From: Lingula anatina
Lineage: Eukaryota > Animalia > Brachiopoda
DNA: 64,000 bases
Direction of reading: 5' to 3'
NCBI GenBank assembly: GCA_051362555.1
Contig: CM120640.1
Coordinates: forward strand, 59,374,788-59,438,787
In this document: positions 53,001-64,000 of the stretch, piece after piece
Numbering within the stretch: the first letter of the stretch is position 1
Layout of the letters: each line of letters begins with the position of its first letter
Notes under the pieces: generated by a model
The model's database searches: none
The model's input: only the letters and a program-made list of their open reading frames with translations
Told to the model about the DNA's origin: nothing
Position numbers and translations under genes: made by a program

Positions 53001-56000
53001 TTTCCAGCCGCGATTGCTTTTAACTGTTAACCACCTTCCGTTCTGTGAAGCATTTCAATACCCTCAAGAAAGTATTTCAAAAAAAGCTGAGATTGGAAGC
53101 TTTACAGCCGGACATTACTAAACGATTGGTAACGGTTTACAGGAAGCACGTGTTGGCAACTGTCAATGGATTTTATTTCAGTCGATTGGGTGATTAAGTG
53201 ACTATAGGCGACGCATTAATGAAACACTAATCGTATTATGTAATGCAATTATTTCTAATCTCACTTAAAGAGATGTTACGTATTCTCAATTGTTTTCAGT
53301 TAAATACATAGGTTATCGCACTCTGTTCTTTAGGAATTGCTATCAGTTTCATTAGAAAGGTGTTCTGGGTTATATTAGATATAGCCATAAATATTAACTG
53401 GTGAACGGTAAACCAATCGTACAATGTAGCAGGGTAACACTCCAATGTGAGGCGCTTGCATTAGAAAAAAGTATTAGCGACGTTTATTTAATCCTTTAAG
53501 TCACAGTTATAGCAGGAAACTCGCCAATTTACTCAATAATATTGATAACCTTACATAATATAACGATGCGCTGCAGTCGATTAATAATACATCTGAGACC
53601 GATTATCGGTGGCTTAGGATTCCCAAGAGTTGACATTGTCGTGATTGCGCACGCAGATAACTGATGGTTTAAAGGTTTACTTCGTATTTGCATAATGTCC
53701 ATCTGAACGCATGTTAACCGATGTTGAAACAACACTCTCGTCACTTATAACTTAATCGATCCACCGAAAACAGTTTTTTTTCAGAGAATGTTAAACTGAA
53801 GTGCTCTCAGGGGACAGTACTGCAAGTTAATGTTTCAATGTGATGCAATGAAATGGACATACAAATCGATTCTTGCTCTTCCCTTTCACTTTTCAAGACA
53901 TTAGGTTGTAATAAAAGTAATACTTATAGATGACTCGTCATACTTTTCATTGGGACATATACTAAAAAATATAATAATATTTATATATTGAGCGTACATT
54001 TGTACAGCGCATACATGTGAATTATAAATGTAACACAAAAGTCTTTCGTACATGTCACGCTTACCTATTGATTGTGAGGTATTCAATGCTTGACGGCATT
54101 GCAATGTATGAGGCCTGGACATGCATATCATCACTTAAATAGTCTATATACAGCATGTACCATGTTACGACACCAGATGCCATCTTGAACTGCAATTTAT
54201 GGATTTCTAAATGACATTTTGGCATTATACCGCTTTACCTGATCTGATTCATTTTATGGATAATGTATTGGGCTAGCATTCACTAAAATTACAATGGATA
54301 GGAAGAAATAGAAATGAATTACACTAAACACTATTAGTTTATGATTCAGGTTCAGAGAACTCGTACCAAGATGCTTATTTGACGTTTTTATTTTTTTCTG
54401 GGGCGAAGGCATTAATCCCAAAAGACCCATAGCGACGTGCAATCAATTTCACATCTCCCACAGAATGAGTAGTTGATACTTTTTGATAACCAACACATTT
54501 CTAGGAACAGATACATTTACTGAAACAACATTTTAACTTGTATTTTACGAGTGTGCTTATTCGACATCCAGGAATGTGGCACTCTACGACTGCTTCATTC
54601 CTTCTAATGTTGTTTCACCTGTTGTACATTAAGTTGGCTTTTGCTGTGATGGTGCGGGCATTCAGTAGAAACATGAAGCAAAAATATCCCTCTGAATAAA
54701 AACAAGCGATAGTAATTATGAAAAATTCGTAGCTATTGTGTTTCTCTCAACCACCTAAATGAAAGCTATATAAATAAAGACAGATAAAAAGATGAACTGA
54801 GGTCTAGGGATAAATGTTCCCAGGCACATGGTACGTATTGTCAGATTTAACAAGTACTTATGTAGGCTTATGTATTGACCATGGATTAAACTGTGGTGTT
54901 GCATGCAGCATTGCTGCATATTTAGTGGCGTGTCAGTTTGCTGTTTTCGTGGAAATAAGCGGGAATGGTTTTAGAAAAACAATCTACCACAGATATTGTC
55001 GGTTGAAAGCATGAAAGATTAAATCAGGTTTACATCTTGATTAACTGAGCGCGTTCCATTAAACTTGATTTTGTGAACCACATGGTAATATATTGTATGA
55101 ATACTCTGGAAACCTAAAATGATGTCGTGAATGACAATGTGTTTCAAGGCAACTCCTTTCATGTATGTACTTAAAAATCTTTGTTCAAACTAATAAATGT
55201 GATTATTCCGCTTGTAATTCTGCAGACAATAATGCTGCTGGCTACCTCTATTACAAAGCATCGCATAGCGCGCCAATTTCTCTCGCAAATGCCAGTATTT
55301 GGAGAGATATCGTGAATTGCATTTACATCTTCTAGATTTTGCAGCTAGTAAAAATATCTCAAGAATCCAAAGATAAAATTCGCATAGAAATGAAAGTGTC
55401 AAGTAAATTTGATATGCAGGGGGTATTTAGATTAGATGCAATAATAAGAAAAGTGTCCTACATGTAGGTCAAAACGGAACACGCACAATAATCAAATTCT
55501 GTCGAGAGCTATAGCAATATTGATATAAAAGAAACATATGATTTAAGATTTATATCAGCCATACATTTTCTGTAGGAAACAGCAACTAAGAGATAATTAT
55601 CATTTACTTTGGAACAAAATATTTATGCAATTGCTACATTGCGCTATGCCACGACTGAAACAGCAGGCTGAATCCCCACAGATCGCGGTGGGTGTTGGTT
55701 TACCTGTGAACGATTCTCACTCGGGATATATACATTATTAGTTGCAATTATTAACATCATATTGGCTTGCGTCGACGCTTTGTCGTTTTGACATCCTGAA
55801 CATGGTTCTGAAAAGAATATTGCGTATCGTATGTGAAATTTTTCTGATATTCTAAACTTAGATTTTATTCATTCACTTTCGTGTGCATCGGTGCGTTAAA
55901 TGACGGAAATCCGGAGTGTTGGTATTATTTACAAAATGTTAAATAATAAAAAATACATCATAGATTCGTTGACGGCCAAACTTTAGTTATTATCTTAGAC

Positions 56001-56851
56001 GAGCTTGATGCCGTTCGATATTAGGATATATACGTATGTTGGAACTCGCTCTACAAGCTGATTAGTTAGACTAATACAAGATATCACATGAGAAATAATA
56101 TAATATATATAAATAATATAATTGGCAGAATATTTGAAAAATGTTTTACCACCCCTAACAACGATTCGATGGGTTACAATCAATATTTTATTTAATTCTT
56201 AGAGTTGTTATAACATTCCTGAAAAACATTATATAATGTTTTGAAAACTCTTTTACAAATAACCAAAAATCTTCTTACCCTGTTTGGACTTGGGGTTAGT
56301 CGGCGACTAGAGCGGTGCGAATTGTAGAATCTTCGGACTATCGCTACCGAAATAACCAGCATGATATGAAACAATATAAAAGACACGTTTTTCAAAGTAA
56401 GGCATATATACTTTAGCTTTTTGGTCTATCGTCACAAATACTTCATATGTGGCATATACACTATGTATATGTATGTATTGGGTTCGGCCCACACCCGAAA
56501 AATTTTTCCATGTGGGAAAGATTTTGACATTTGTTTCATACAACATTATAATAATTAAATATGAGTAAACAGCATTATAATAATTAAATTTAAATATGAC
56601 TGATTATATTTTGTCATTTTGATCAAATGTAAGCTTCTTTACTTACCCAAGTATCTTCACATTGGTGCACGTGGAACCATTTCTCTTTCTTCAATAAAAA
56701 TAGCTAGATGGTCTTTAGTGTCTTTAGAGACCCGTCACGCCATAAACTTAATAATCAATTTTCACGTACTCCCATGTACATGTTCACATTGTTTATTCTT
56801 AATGCCTTGTTTTCGAGAAATCAAAACAAACATTGAAAATACAAAAAATGA

Positions 56852-56854
<3 letters not shown>

Positions 56855-56888
<34 letters not shown>
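56855..56888. repeat. (TAA)n microsatellite
   Basis: Pure trinucleotide run. Confidence 0.95.
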
Positions 56889-59800
56889 CAAAACTAAAAA
56901 GTTATATCGGCTACTTGTTGCCCAAGCAAAATAGTTTTGGAAGTTTTTCACAGCAATTTACAACATTACCACCGATTTTTATATCGTCCCCGTTGGGAGA
57001 CGTGACAGAACAGACCAAATTGTAAATATCATATGCAATAAGAAATCGTCATTCGTATTATATTCATGTTATGCATGGTGTTACTTACACAGATACAGGT
57101 ATGGACATAAACGTAAGTTAAAAGGTGTACTACTCAAACCCTTAACTATCCGCAAACCTTACAATTTCGTTCTTGAGTACATGCATTAATAATAGTGAAT
57201 TGAGTTAATTTGCAGTTCTTACAAGGTGTTCATATAGAAGGACAGTATAGGCATCCACTTTACAGTAGAAAAAAGTAATTACAAGGCATTAGGACAATAT
57301 AGACTACAAAAAACTGCCGCAAATTAAAAATAAGATAAGTCAGCATTGATTTACTGACTTTGTGTCGTTCAGAAGTTACCGAACTACTTGACACCTCAAA
57401 CTTAATCAAGTATGTAATTAACTTTAAGCACGCACTTATTCTACTGTTTATAGCTTATACATCAATTAAGTTCGGTCAGGGTGAAGACCCCATTATTACG
57501 CTCACTTAGATAAAACTACCTGAGCGCGCAAGAGACGTGCACATTTATACTTTGATAGATGATAAAACTACAAGATTGTTATTTAGACTTAGTTATACTT
57601 TATGTGTAAACGTTACGCAGCACCTACAAGTACCGCCAGTATTTGGGGATATGACAATACAAGTATAATGTTATAGACAGCATCAGCTGCAAATCTTTAA
57701 CTGAAACATATCAGCCTTTTGAAAAGGAGGCAGCTTAAATCTCCACGGAATCGATTCACCTTATGGGTATGCCAATAGATCTGTCTTATTCGGTTAGGAA
57801 AATCGACAAAGGACATGATCTCAGAGAGTAAACTTGGTGGATTGATTTGGTATAGAATATCTCGACTTAACAAATGACTCCAATTTCTACCTTTTCACAG
57901 CTCACCCGTGACGACTAAACCCAAGGCATGCAAGTTTCAAATGAAACAGGTATTCATCCTTTTTTTCTTCCCAGTTTATATAAAAGACGTTAGCGTAGGT
58001 GAAAATGGGAAAGGAGGCAACATGTTGTAAAAGCATGTTGGCAATAGGTATCTGTGCTTTTGTCTTTTATAGACAAAGGACATTAGTTCCAGGTGGTAAA
58101 CTACCTGGGTTTGATATCGATACGTGGAAGTGACTTGCCGCATAATTCTTCAGAGTGATACCAGGACGACGGGATGTAAAGGTTGCTAGCTGGCGTGATG
58201 AATAATGCGATCAATTATCAAGAAAGATCAAGTCATTATCTTCCGGTAATTTCTTCATTTATGGAGTTTTGGCTTGAATGCTTGAGGAGACGCCTGTTAA
58301 GAAGTTAATTAGCGAATTTGAATTTTTCAGAATTCGAAAGCCATTTTGCACCAGGTACAAGTTAGGTTTAGAAAAGAATAATCGATGACTCCTCTTCCCG
58401 TATTATGAGCATATTTGTTTTATAAGCCTCACAGAAATTTACCCTAATGTCTTCAAGTGCTGTTTTAGGTCCGTTTTAGATCATGCACGAAGGGTTGTTT
58501 GTGAAGGGGGACAGAGAGCGATGTCACTCGTCACTATTGATGCGAATTATTTTGAATTCCATAGAGCTAATCCGCACATAAGTTAAAATATTATAATGAA
58601 CTGGTACCTATGATGAGAAATAAAGTAGCTGTTACTGTGAGCAGAGTGCCATACAGACCAGAGAAGGAGCACAAGCACTATATGAATTGTTACGGAATTG
58701 CCCTGAGAAGAGCCTTTATTATGCACGCGACTATGAGTAAATTGCCGCTGGTTAACACCAAGTCTATACTTCCCTGGACATTTAGTTGCATCAATATATA
58801 GAATTAAGTGATAATTGTGTTCTGAAAGTTATTTCTGTTAAAATGATGTTAGTCATTTAGCTGTCTTGCTCATTTGCCTCAAGAAAGCCGCCTCTTGATG
58901 TCAATATATTGGTTAAACTGACCGTCGGGTTACGCACATTTTTGCCACCTCAAACATTATCTGAAATGGTGTGTTTTTATGCACTAGGTATAATGGTTTA
59001 TCGTCTTGTAAACCATTTGAATCTTGGCTTTGGTTTTTCGTAGAGAATGTAAAGCGTATAAAAAGCAAACAGTACACTAATAGGCGGATCTATAATCTGT
59101 AGGACTTATATATATGTATAAGGAATCTGCCTATCTTTGCTCTAACCAACGTATAAAACCAAACGGTTGATTGTGGTTTTCTTGGAAGCTGGGTGACTAC
59201 ACGATGCAGACGAGACAGCGTATTTTCTTATTATGCAATCAATTCAGTAAACCAGTTCAACCTTCTGCCTGACTTCTACCACCCTAGGCATTGCACTTTT
59301 ATGCCGTTTATCTACGCGTGTAAACTTATTTTGTACATAGGAAACAACAGAAAAGGAAAAAAATAACCGTTTCACCTATCCTCGAAGCTTGCGTGTAAAT
59401 TTATAAGCACTCCTGCAATTAAAGCTCTCAAGTGAGTCTGCGCCTGTAATTTTTTCGCAATTATAGGTGAAATTTCCGCTAGGGTTCTACGTGATAAAGT
59501 GCACATGTGTTCAAATGTCTGAGGAAATTGCAATCAATTATCCCACTTGGGAGGTCAAATGGTCTCAATCTTTTTTGTCATTTTCAAAAAAAATGAATGC
59601 GATCCGTACTGACAACTCTTACAGATCCCTGGAGACAGGACAGATAACACAAAACTATCGGTCAAAAATTTTACATCTGTACCGGTCAGAATGTCCACAA
59701 TTGGAATTGAGGGTTTGGTCACGCGAGCCAAAGGACTAAAAATATAATATAATCGTTTATGTATGTCCACCGGGAAATTACTTTAGAAGTTCAAAAGTTC

Positions 59801-61506
59801 GGCCAAGGTACTCTCCACATCTTTTGATGAGTATGGGATATGCCGCAAAATCGGATTACATTTGTGAATGGTATAGTAGTTTTGTATCTGATACACCTTT
59901 TCTCTCAACTATTATCATACGAATCAATAGGGAAAATTGTGTCAATTTGACAAAAAAAAGTAAAAGTGGATTACATATAATTGGCTTCTCCAGAACTCGC
60001 CCGTCTATGATACACGCAATATCACTGGTTACAAAACTTGCAAGCATAATTCGTCAGCGCATCTGGAACATAGCTTAATATATTTCTTAGACGAAACATC
60101 AGGCACGTGAACCTGTTTTCATGAAAAACTCAATACCTTAGCAACATTCATGATTTTATTGGAAGCATATATAAATGCTAAGTCACATTCTGTTTGTCTG
60201 CACCGTGATATGCCTCATATAATCAAATACTGACTCACGACACCTGACTATTCACAGTAAAAGTTGATACCTATTGACATATAATAAACTCAGACTCTGT
60301 CACATAATTACAGTCATAACACTGGAATGTTAGAAGCAAATGTTTCAGTTTGTGGCATTATTTAGCAATAAAGAGACATATAAAACCCCCAAGCTAGACT
60401 GTCGTGTGCCATATCTTACGTAATATCATCAATTTAAGGCAATTACATCAGGCTCAACACACACCATACTATAAATTAACACTAAACTGACGATTAAAAG
60501 CGGACCAAAGCAGTATAGTAATTTTAGTCTACCTTTAATACCCAAGTAACTATAAAATTCTGTTTCTTATATATATATATACGAAAAGGAGGGTTTTTGT
60601 CTTTACCAATTACAATCGAGGTATTGTACTGGGTTATCCAACTTTGAAAAACGAATTAGAAAGTATTGCGGATATGGACTAGTCATATTGCTGCAGCGGC
60701 CTTTCCAATTTCTTCTTTTTGATTGGAGGCAAGCTTGCCACTCCCAGAAGAGTTCTCACAACTGCTCTGTCTTGATGAGTCTCGCCGATGGCAATAAATC
60801 ACAAAGATAGTCTTGGGTTCATTTACGCCACTCAATTGAAGCTGATTATGAAGAAAATTCAATATTTGGTCACTCCTGCGTCCTGATTTACCAGCTAATC
60901 AAGATACATCTACAGCAGTTCTTGGTTAAATCGGATGAAGCCAGAGCTTAAGCTGAAGTTTAAATTTCATGTAATATTTACATTCAATTAAGTCATGGGA
61001 CCGACCTGCGCATTGACATAATTGCTTAGTAACTTAAAAACCACGACTTGGCTACAGGCATGACCTTAATCTGACTGATGAAAATAGCAAGTGGTGCAGA
61101 AAAAAAGTTGATACCTGACAACATAAAATATATGGTATGTTGAACACCTTTCAGATTTCGGAATTATGAATTACCATGTACTTTCAGCATTTGATTTGCT
61201 GTAAAAGGTTCATTGCACGGGGGAGACACGGGGCACAGTAAGCTTATTTATGTTAAACTAATCCTCTAACTTAACGCCAATACAACAACCTTGCCGTTTA
61301 TTCTTAGTGTATACTAAGGTCACAATACTTGGGTAAACATACACCATCATAAAGCGCTTATTCTGTGTGACTATTTTGAAGAGATGTTTTCCTATCTCTG
61401 TATTTTTCTCATCAGGAGGTCAGACACAGACGTTGACACTCATCGATTTTTGCTTAATAATCTTAATTACGAGATGCTAATAAAATTATTGTCTCTTGAA
61501 TAAATT

Positions 61507-62895
61507 TTATAGCGCTGTCAAAACATCGCTGAATTCCGATTTTGCAGTGTCGTCAAGTAAGGTAGCTGTGACAGTCGCCTGTCTTGTCTCAATGCTGTAT
61601 GAGCTCACGTTGTGTAGGATACTACCGTTGTGATTGGGTTCCTTTTTGTGAAAAAGCCGAAGTTTGATTTTCTTAATGGCACTTGATTTGGTGTGTGAGT
61701 TCGATGTTTTTGAATTATCTCCGTTTTCATGGGCACAAGGACATTTCAATTTGTCGAGATAAAGTAACTTTTTGAAAGCATTCCTAAAATCCTTGTTGAA
61801 TATACTGTATATAATAGGATTGAGCAAAGAATTGACATAACCAACCCAGGTGAGAAAGCTAAATATTACGGGAGAGATACACCGGCAGTAGGCCTGGACG
61901 ATATTTATTGTAAAAAACGGCATCCAGCACAGTAAAAACACCCCCATAATGACACCCAACGTTATGGCAGCCTTGTGATCGGACACTTTGTACCCTGAGC
62001 CACTTTTGCCGCTTCCACCTCGCCCACCCCCACCATTTGTGGAATCACCATTAAATTGATCGAATGTGGTTGTCCGTTTGATATTGGAAACATGATGGCG
62101 TGCAAAGGTGTATAGTCGTAGGTAGATTGTCACCATGATGATGCATGGTAGGTAAAAACTCACGCAGGAGGAGATCACGGCGTAGACTGGACTAATCACA
62201 AGCGCACAGAACGGCCTCTCAGTGGGCAACTCCTCCTCCGCCTCCTCAATTCCTATCAACCCAATCTGGTGCCAGCCAAGGTTGACAGGTAGGAAGGAGA
62301 TGAGAGCAGAGAGAATCCATACAGCTACGATCATTGAGATTATCTTGTTCGCTGTCATTGTCCGAGCGTATTTAAGGGGGTCCCGTATATGTAAGTAACG
62401 ATCAAAACTTATGGCACAAAGATTTAGAATAGACGCCGTGCAACACATCACATCCATTGACACCCAGATATTGCAGTAGTGAATGTCAAAAATCCAGTAT
62501 CCCATGAGATCGTTTCCTACGGCACAAATCATAACAAAGACAGCTACAAAAAGGTCCGCCACGGCTAGCGATACTAAGAGCAAATTGCTCCGTTTCCTAA
62601 GGTTTCTATCGGTATAAATAGCCACACACACCAGTACGTTTCCCGCTATAGACATGAAGATCAAAATACACAGAATAAACCCTATGAAAATACTCAACCC
62701 AAGTCCATAAACTGTAGACGGTAAGTCTGCGATCTGTCCGGCGGATCCATTCTGTGTTATGTTTTCCGTGAAATTCCACGTTATTCCTTCGGAATAATTA
62801 CCTAAATGAAGCAGCAAAGATTGTTGCGTGCAGTTCCCCCCGTCTGGTAGATACTTTGTGAGATTTACACGGCTGTTCGAACAGTTATATAGCAT
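61507..62895 (-). CDS. Dop1R1: D1-like dopamine receptor (invertebrate Dop1/Dop1R1 type), single coding exon, 462 aa
   Basis: GN, LAVAD, D3.32 (MDVMCCTASI), DRY, catechol-binding TM5 serines VISSCVSFY (S5.42/5.43/5.46), CWMPFF, NPIIY. Dop1R1-type strings AIYTDR.LR, NDLMGYW, HIRDPLKY, SDHKAAITLGVIMG, YSIFNKDFR.AFK. Confidence 0.9.
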   Translation of the reverse strand: MLYNCSNSRVNLTKYLPDGGNCTQQSLLLHLGNYSEGITWNFTENITQNGSAGQIADLPSTVYGLGLSIFIGFILCILIFMSIAGNVLVCVAIYTDRNLRKRSNLLLVSLAVADLFVAVFVMICAVGNDLMGYWIFDIHYCNIWVSMDVMCCTASILNLCAISFDRYLHIRDPLKYARTMTANKIISMIVAVWILSALISFLPVNLGWHQIGLIGIEEAEEELPTERPFCALVISPVYAVISSCVSFYLPCIIMVTIYLRLYTFARHHVSNIKRTTTFDQFNGDSTNGGGGRGGSGKSGSGYKVSDHKAAITLGVIMGVFLLCWMPFFTINIVQAYCRCISPVIFSFLTWVGYVNSLLNPIIYSIFNKDFRNAFKKLLYLDKLKCPCAHENGDNSKTSNSHTKSSAIKKIKLRLFHKKEPNHNGSILHNVSSYSIETRQATVTATLLDDTAKSEFSDVLTAL

Positions 62896-64000
62896 CTTAG
62901 TTACATGTTAGCTGACGTATGCTGCCGCTGTTTGCAATTTATTCGATGCGCGGTCCTTCTTATTTCTTATATACTCCCAATAACAGAATCAGATTACTTT
63001 ACCATGCTTTACTTTCGCAAGTCACCATCGAGTGTGCTGAGTCCGTAGTGTCTGACAGCCTTCGCTCTTGACCTTGGTCAGAAGCGAATTCTACAACTGG
63101 AGAGTCACTTACCCAGTGCAATCGACAGTCACTGACCACGCTCGATGGGACCTCAGCATAGATCTGATTGCCGCGCGTACATACTTCATGATGTTGTCTA
63201 TGGCTAATAAATGCTATGCACAGTGCGGCTTCAAAGTTTGCTCAAGAGTTGAGAGATTAAATCCGGCCTACCTCCATACATTGCTAATTGCGACTCCGCT
63301 TTTGCCTTGCCGTCAACACTATATAGTTATTTTATATGAGTTACAAGTATGATACAAGTCCTTTCCATGAAGCATAACGCATGTTGCTGCAGAAGGATGA
63401 TTCGGGTATCTTTTAAATCCAACTCTTGTGATTATCTTGTACATAAAGCCTTGTGTATGTAACCTTTCAGACGTACGTCCCAATTTGACGGACAACGAGA
63501 TACCTGCTTGTCATTTACACCCCTTTAATGAGAGAATCTCATGAAAACATCCAAATACCTGCTATGCGGGCCCAACCACAGCTGAAATTACTACAGTGCA
63601 TTCTATTTCCCTTCACAGGTCGATATCTGTGTGGTTATAGAAGTAGTTAAAACACTTCTATTGACGGCTATTATCCGCCACCCATTGAAAACAGCAAGTC
63701 TGTTTACTTTCCCTCAGACGCCTAAGATCACGAATCCACTCTCCTCTCCACTCTCTCAATGCACAGGTGTTAACAGGCGTGTTTAAAACGTTGGCTGTTT
63801 AGTGATGTAAGGAGTCGATACCTCTGCTAATATTTTCATCCCATATGCCAGTTGGCTTGATGAGATCCACTGATCTGTAATTGATTGTAAGAAAGAAAAA
63901 TTGAGTTGCAGCAAATTACTTATGTACGCGGCAAGCCTACGGAATCGGGAGGTGGGGAACACTTTAGGGTGAACAATCACTCGCTCTTTGACCGATCTTG

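Noticed and set aside
1641-63980. Most short ORFs in the supplied track
   Set aside because: No recognisable domains, often non-ATG starts, and consistent with chance ORFs in non-coding DNA. The YIYI, poly-Y, poly-I and poly-N ORFs are translated microsatellites.

Overview
AT-rich eukaryotic DNA, probably a lophotrochozoan such as a mollusc (inferred from the receptor types and repeat landscape). It holds three class-A GPCR genes. (1) A 5-coding-exon group-4 (neuropsin/Go/peropsin-type) opsin on + at 6348-8797, about 359 aa, with the retinal lysine intact but several atypical key residues. (2) An intronless 5-HT4-like serotonin receptor on - at 16945-18138. (3) An intronless D1/Dop1R1-type dopamine receptor on - at 61507-62895. 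The rest is non-coding: decayed Tx1/L1-type and L2/CR1-type LINEs, a Tc1 transposase relic, several MITEs with readable TIRs and TSDs, microsatellites and short local duplications. The most notable signals are the odd opsin (D181, reversed 177/190 ion pair, SRY, no W4.50), Harbinger-type inverted ends bracketing the whole opsin gene, the HTR4-D1 linkage, a two-copy repeat ending in a covarying TTAA-centred palindrome, and a strong excess of the octamer TACATGTA. All assignments come from reading motifs by eye; no searches were run.
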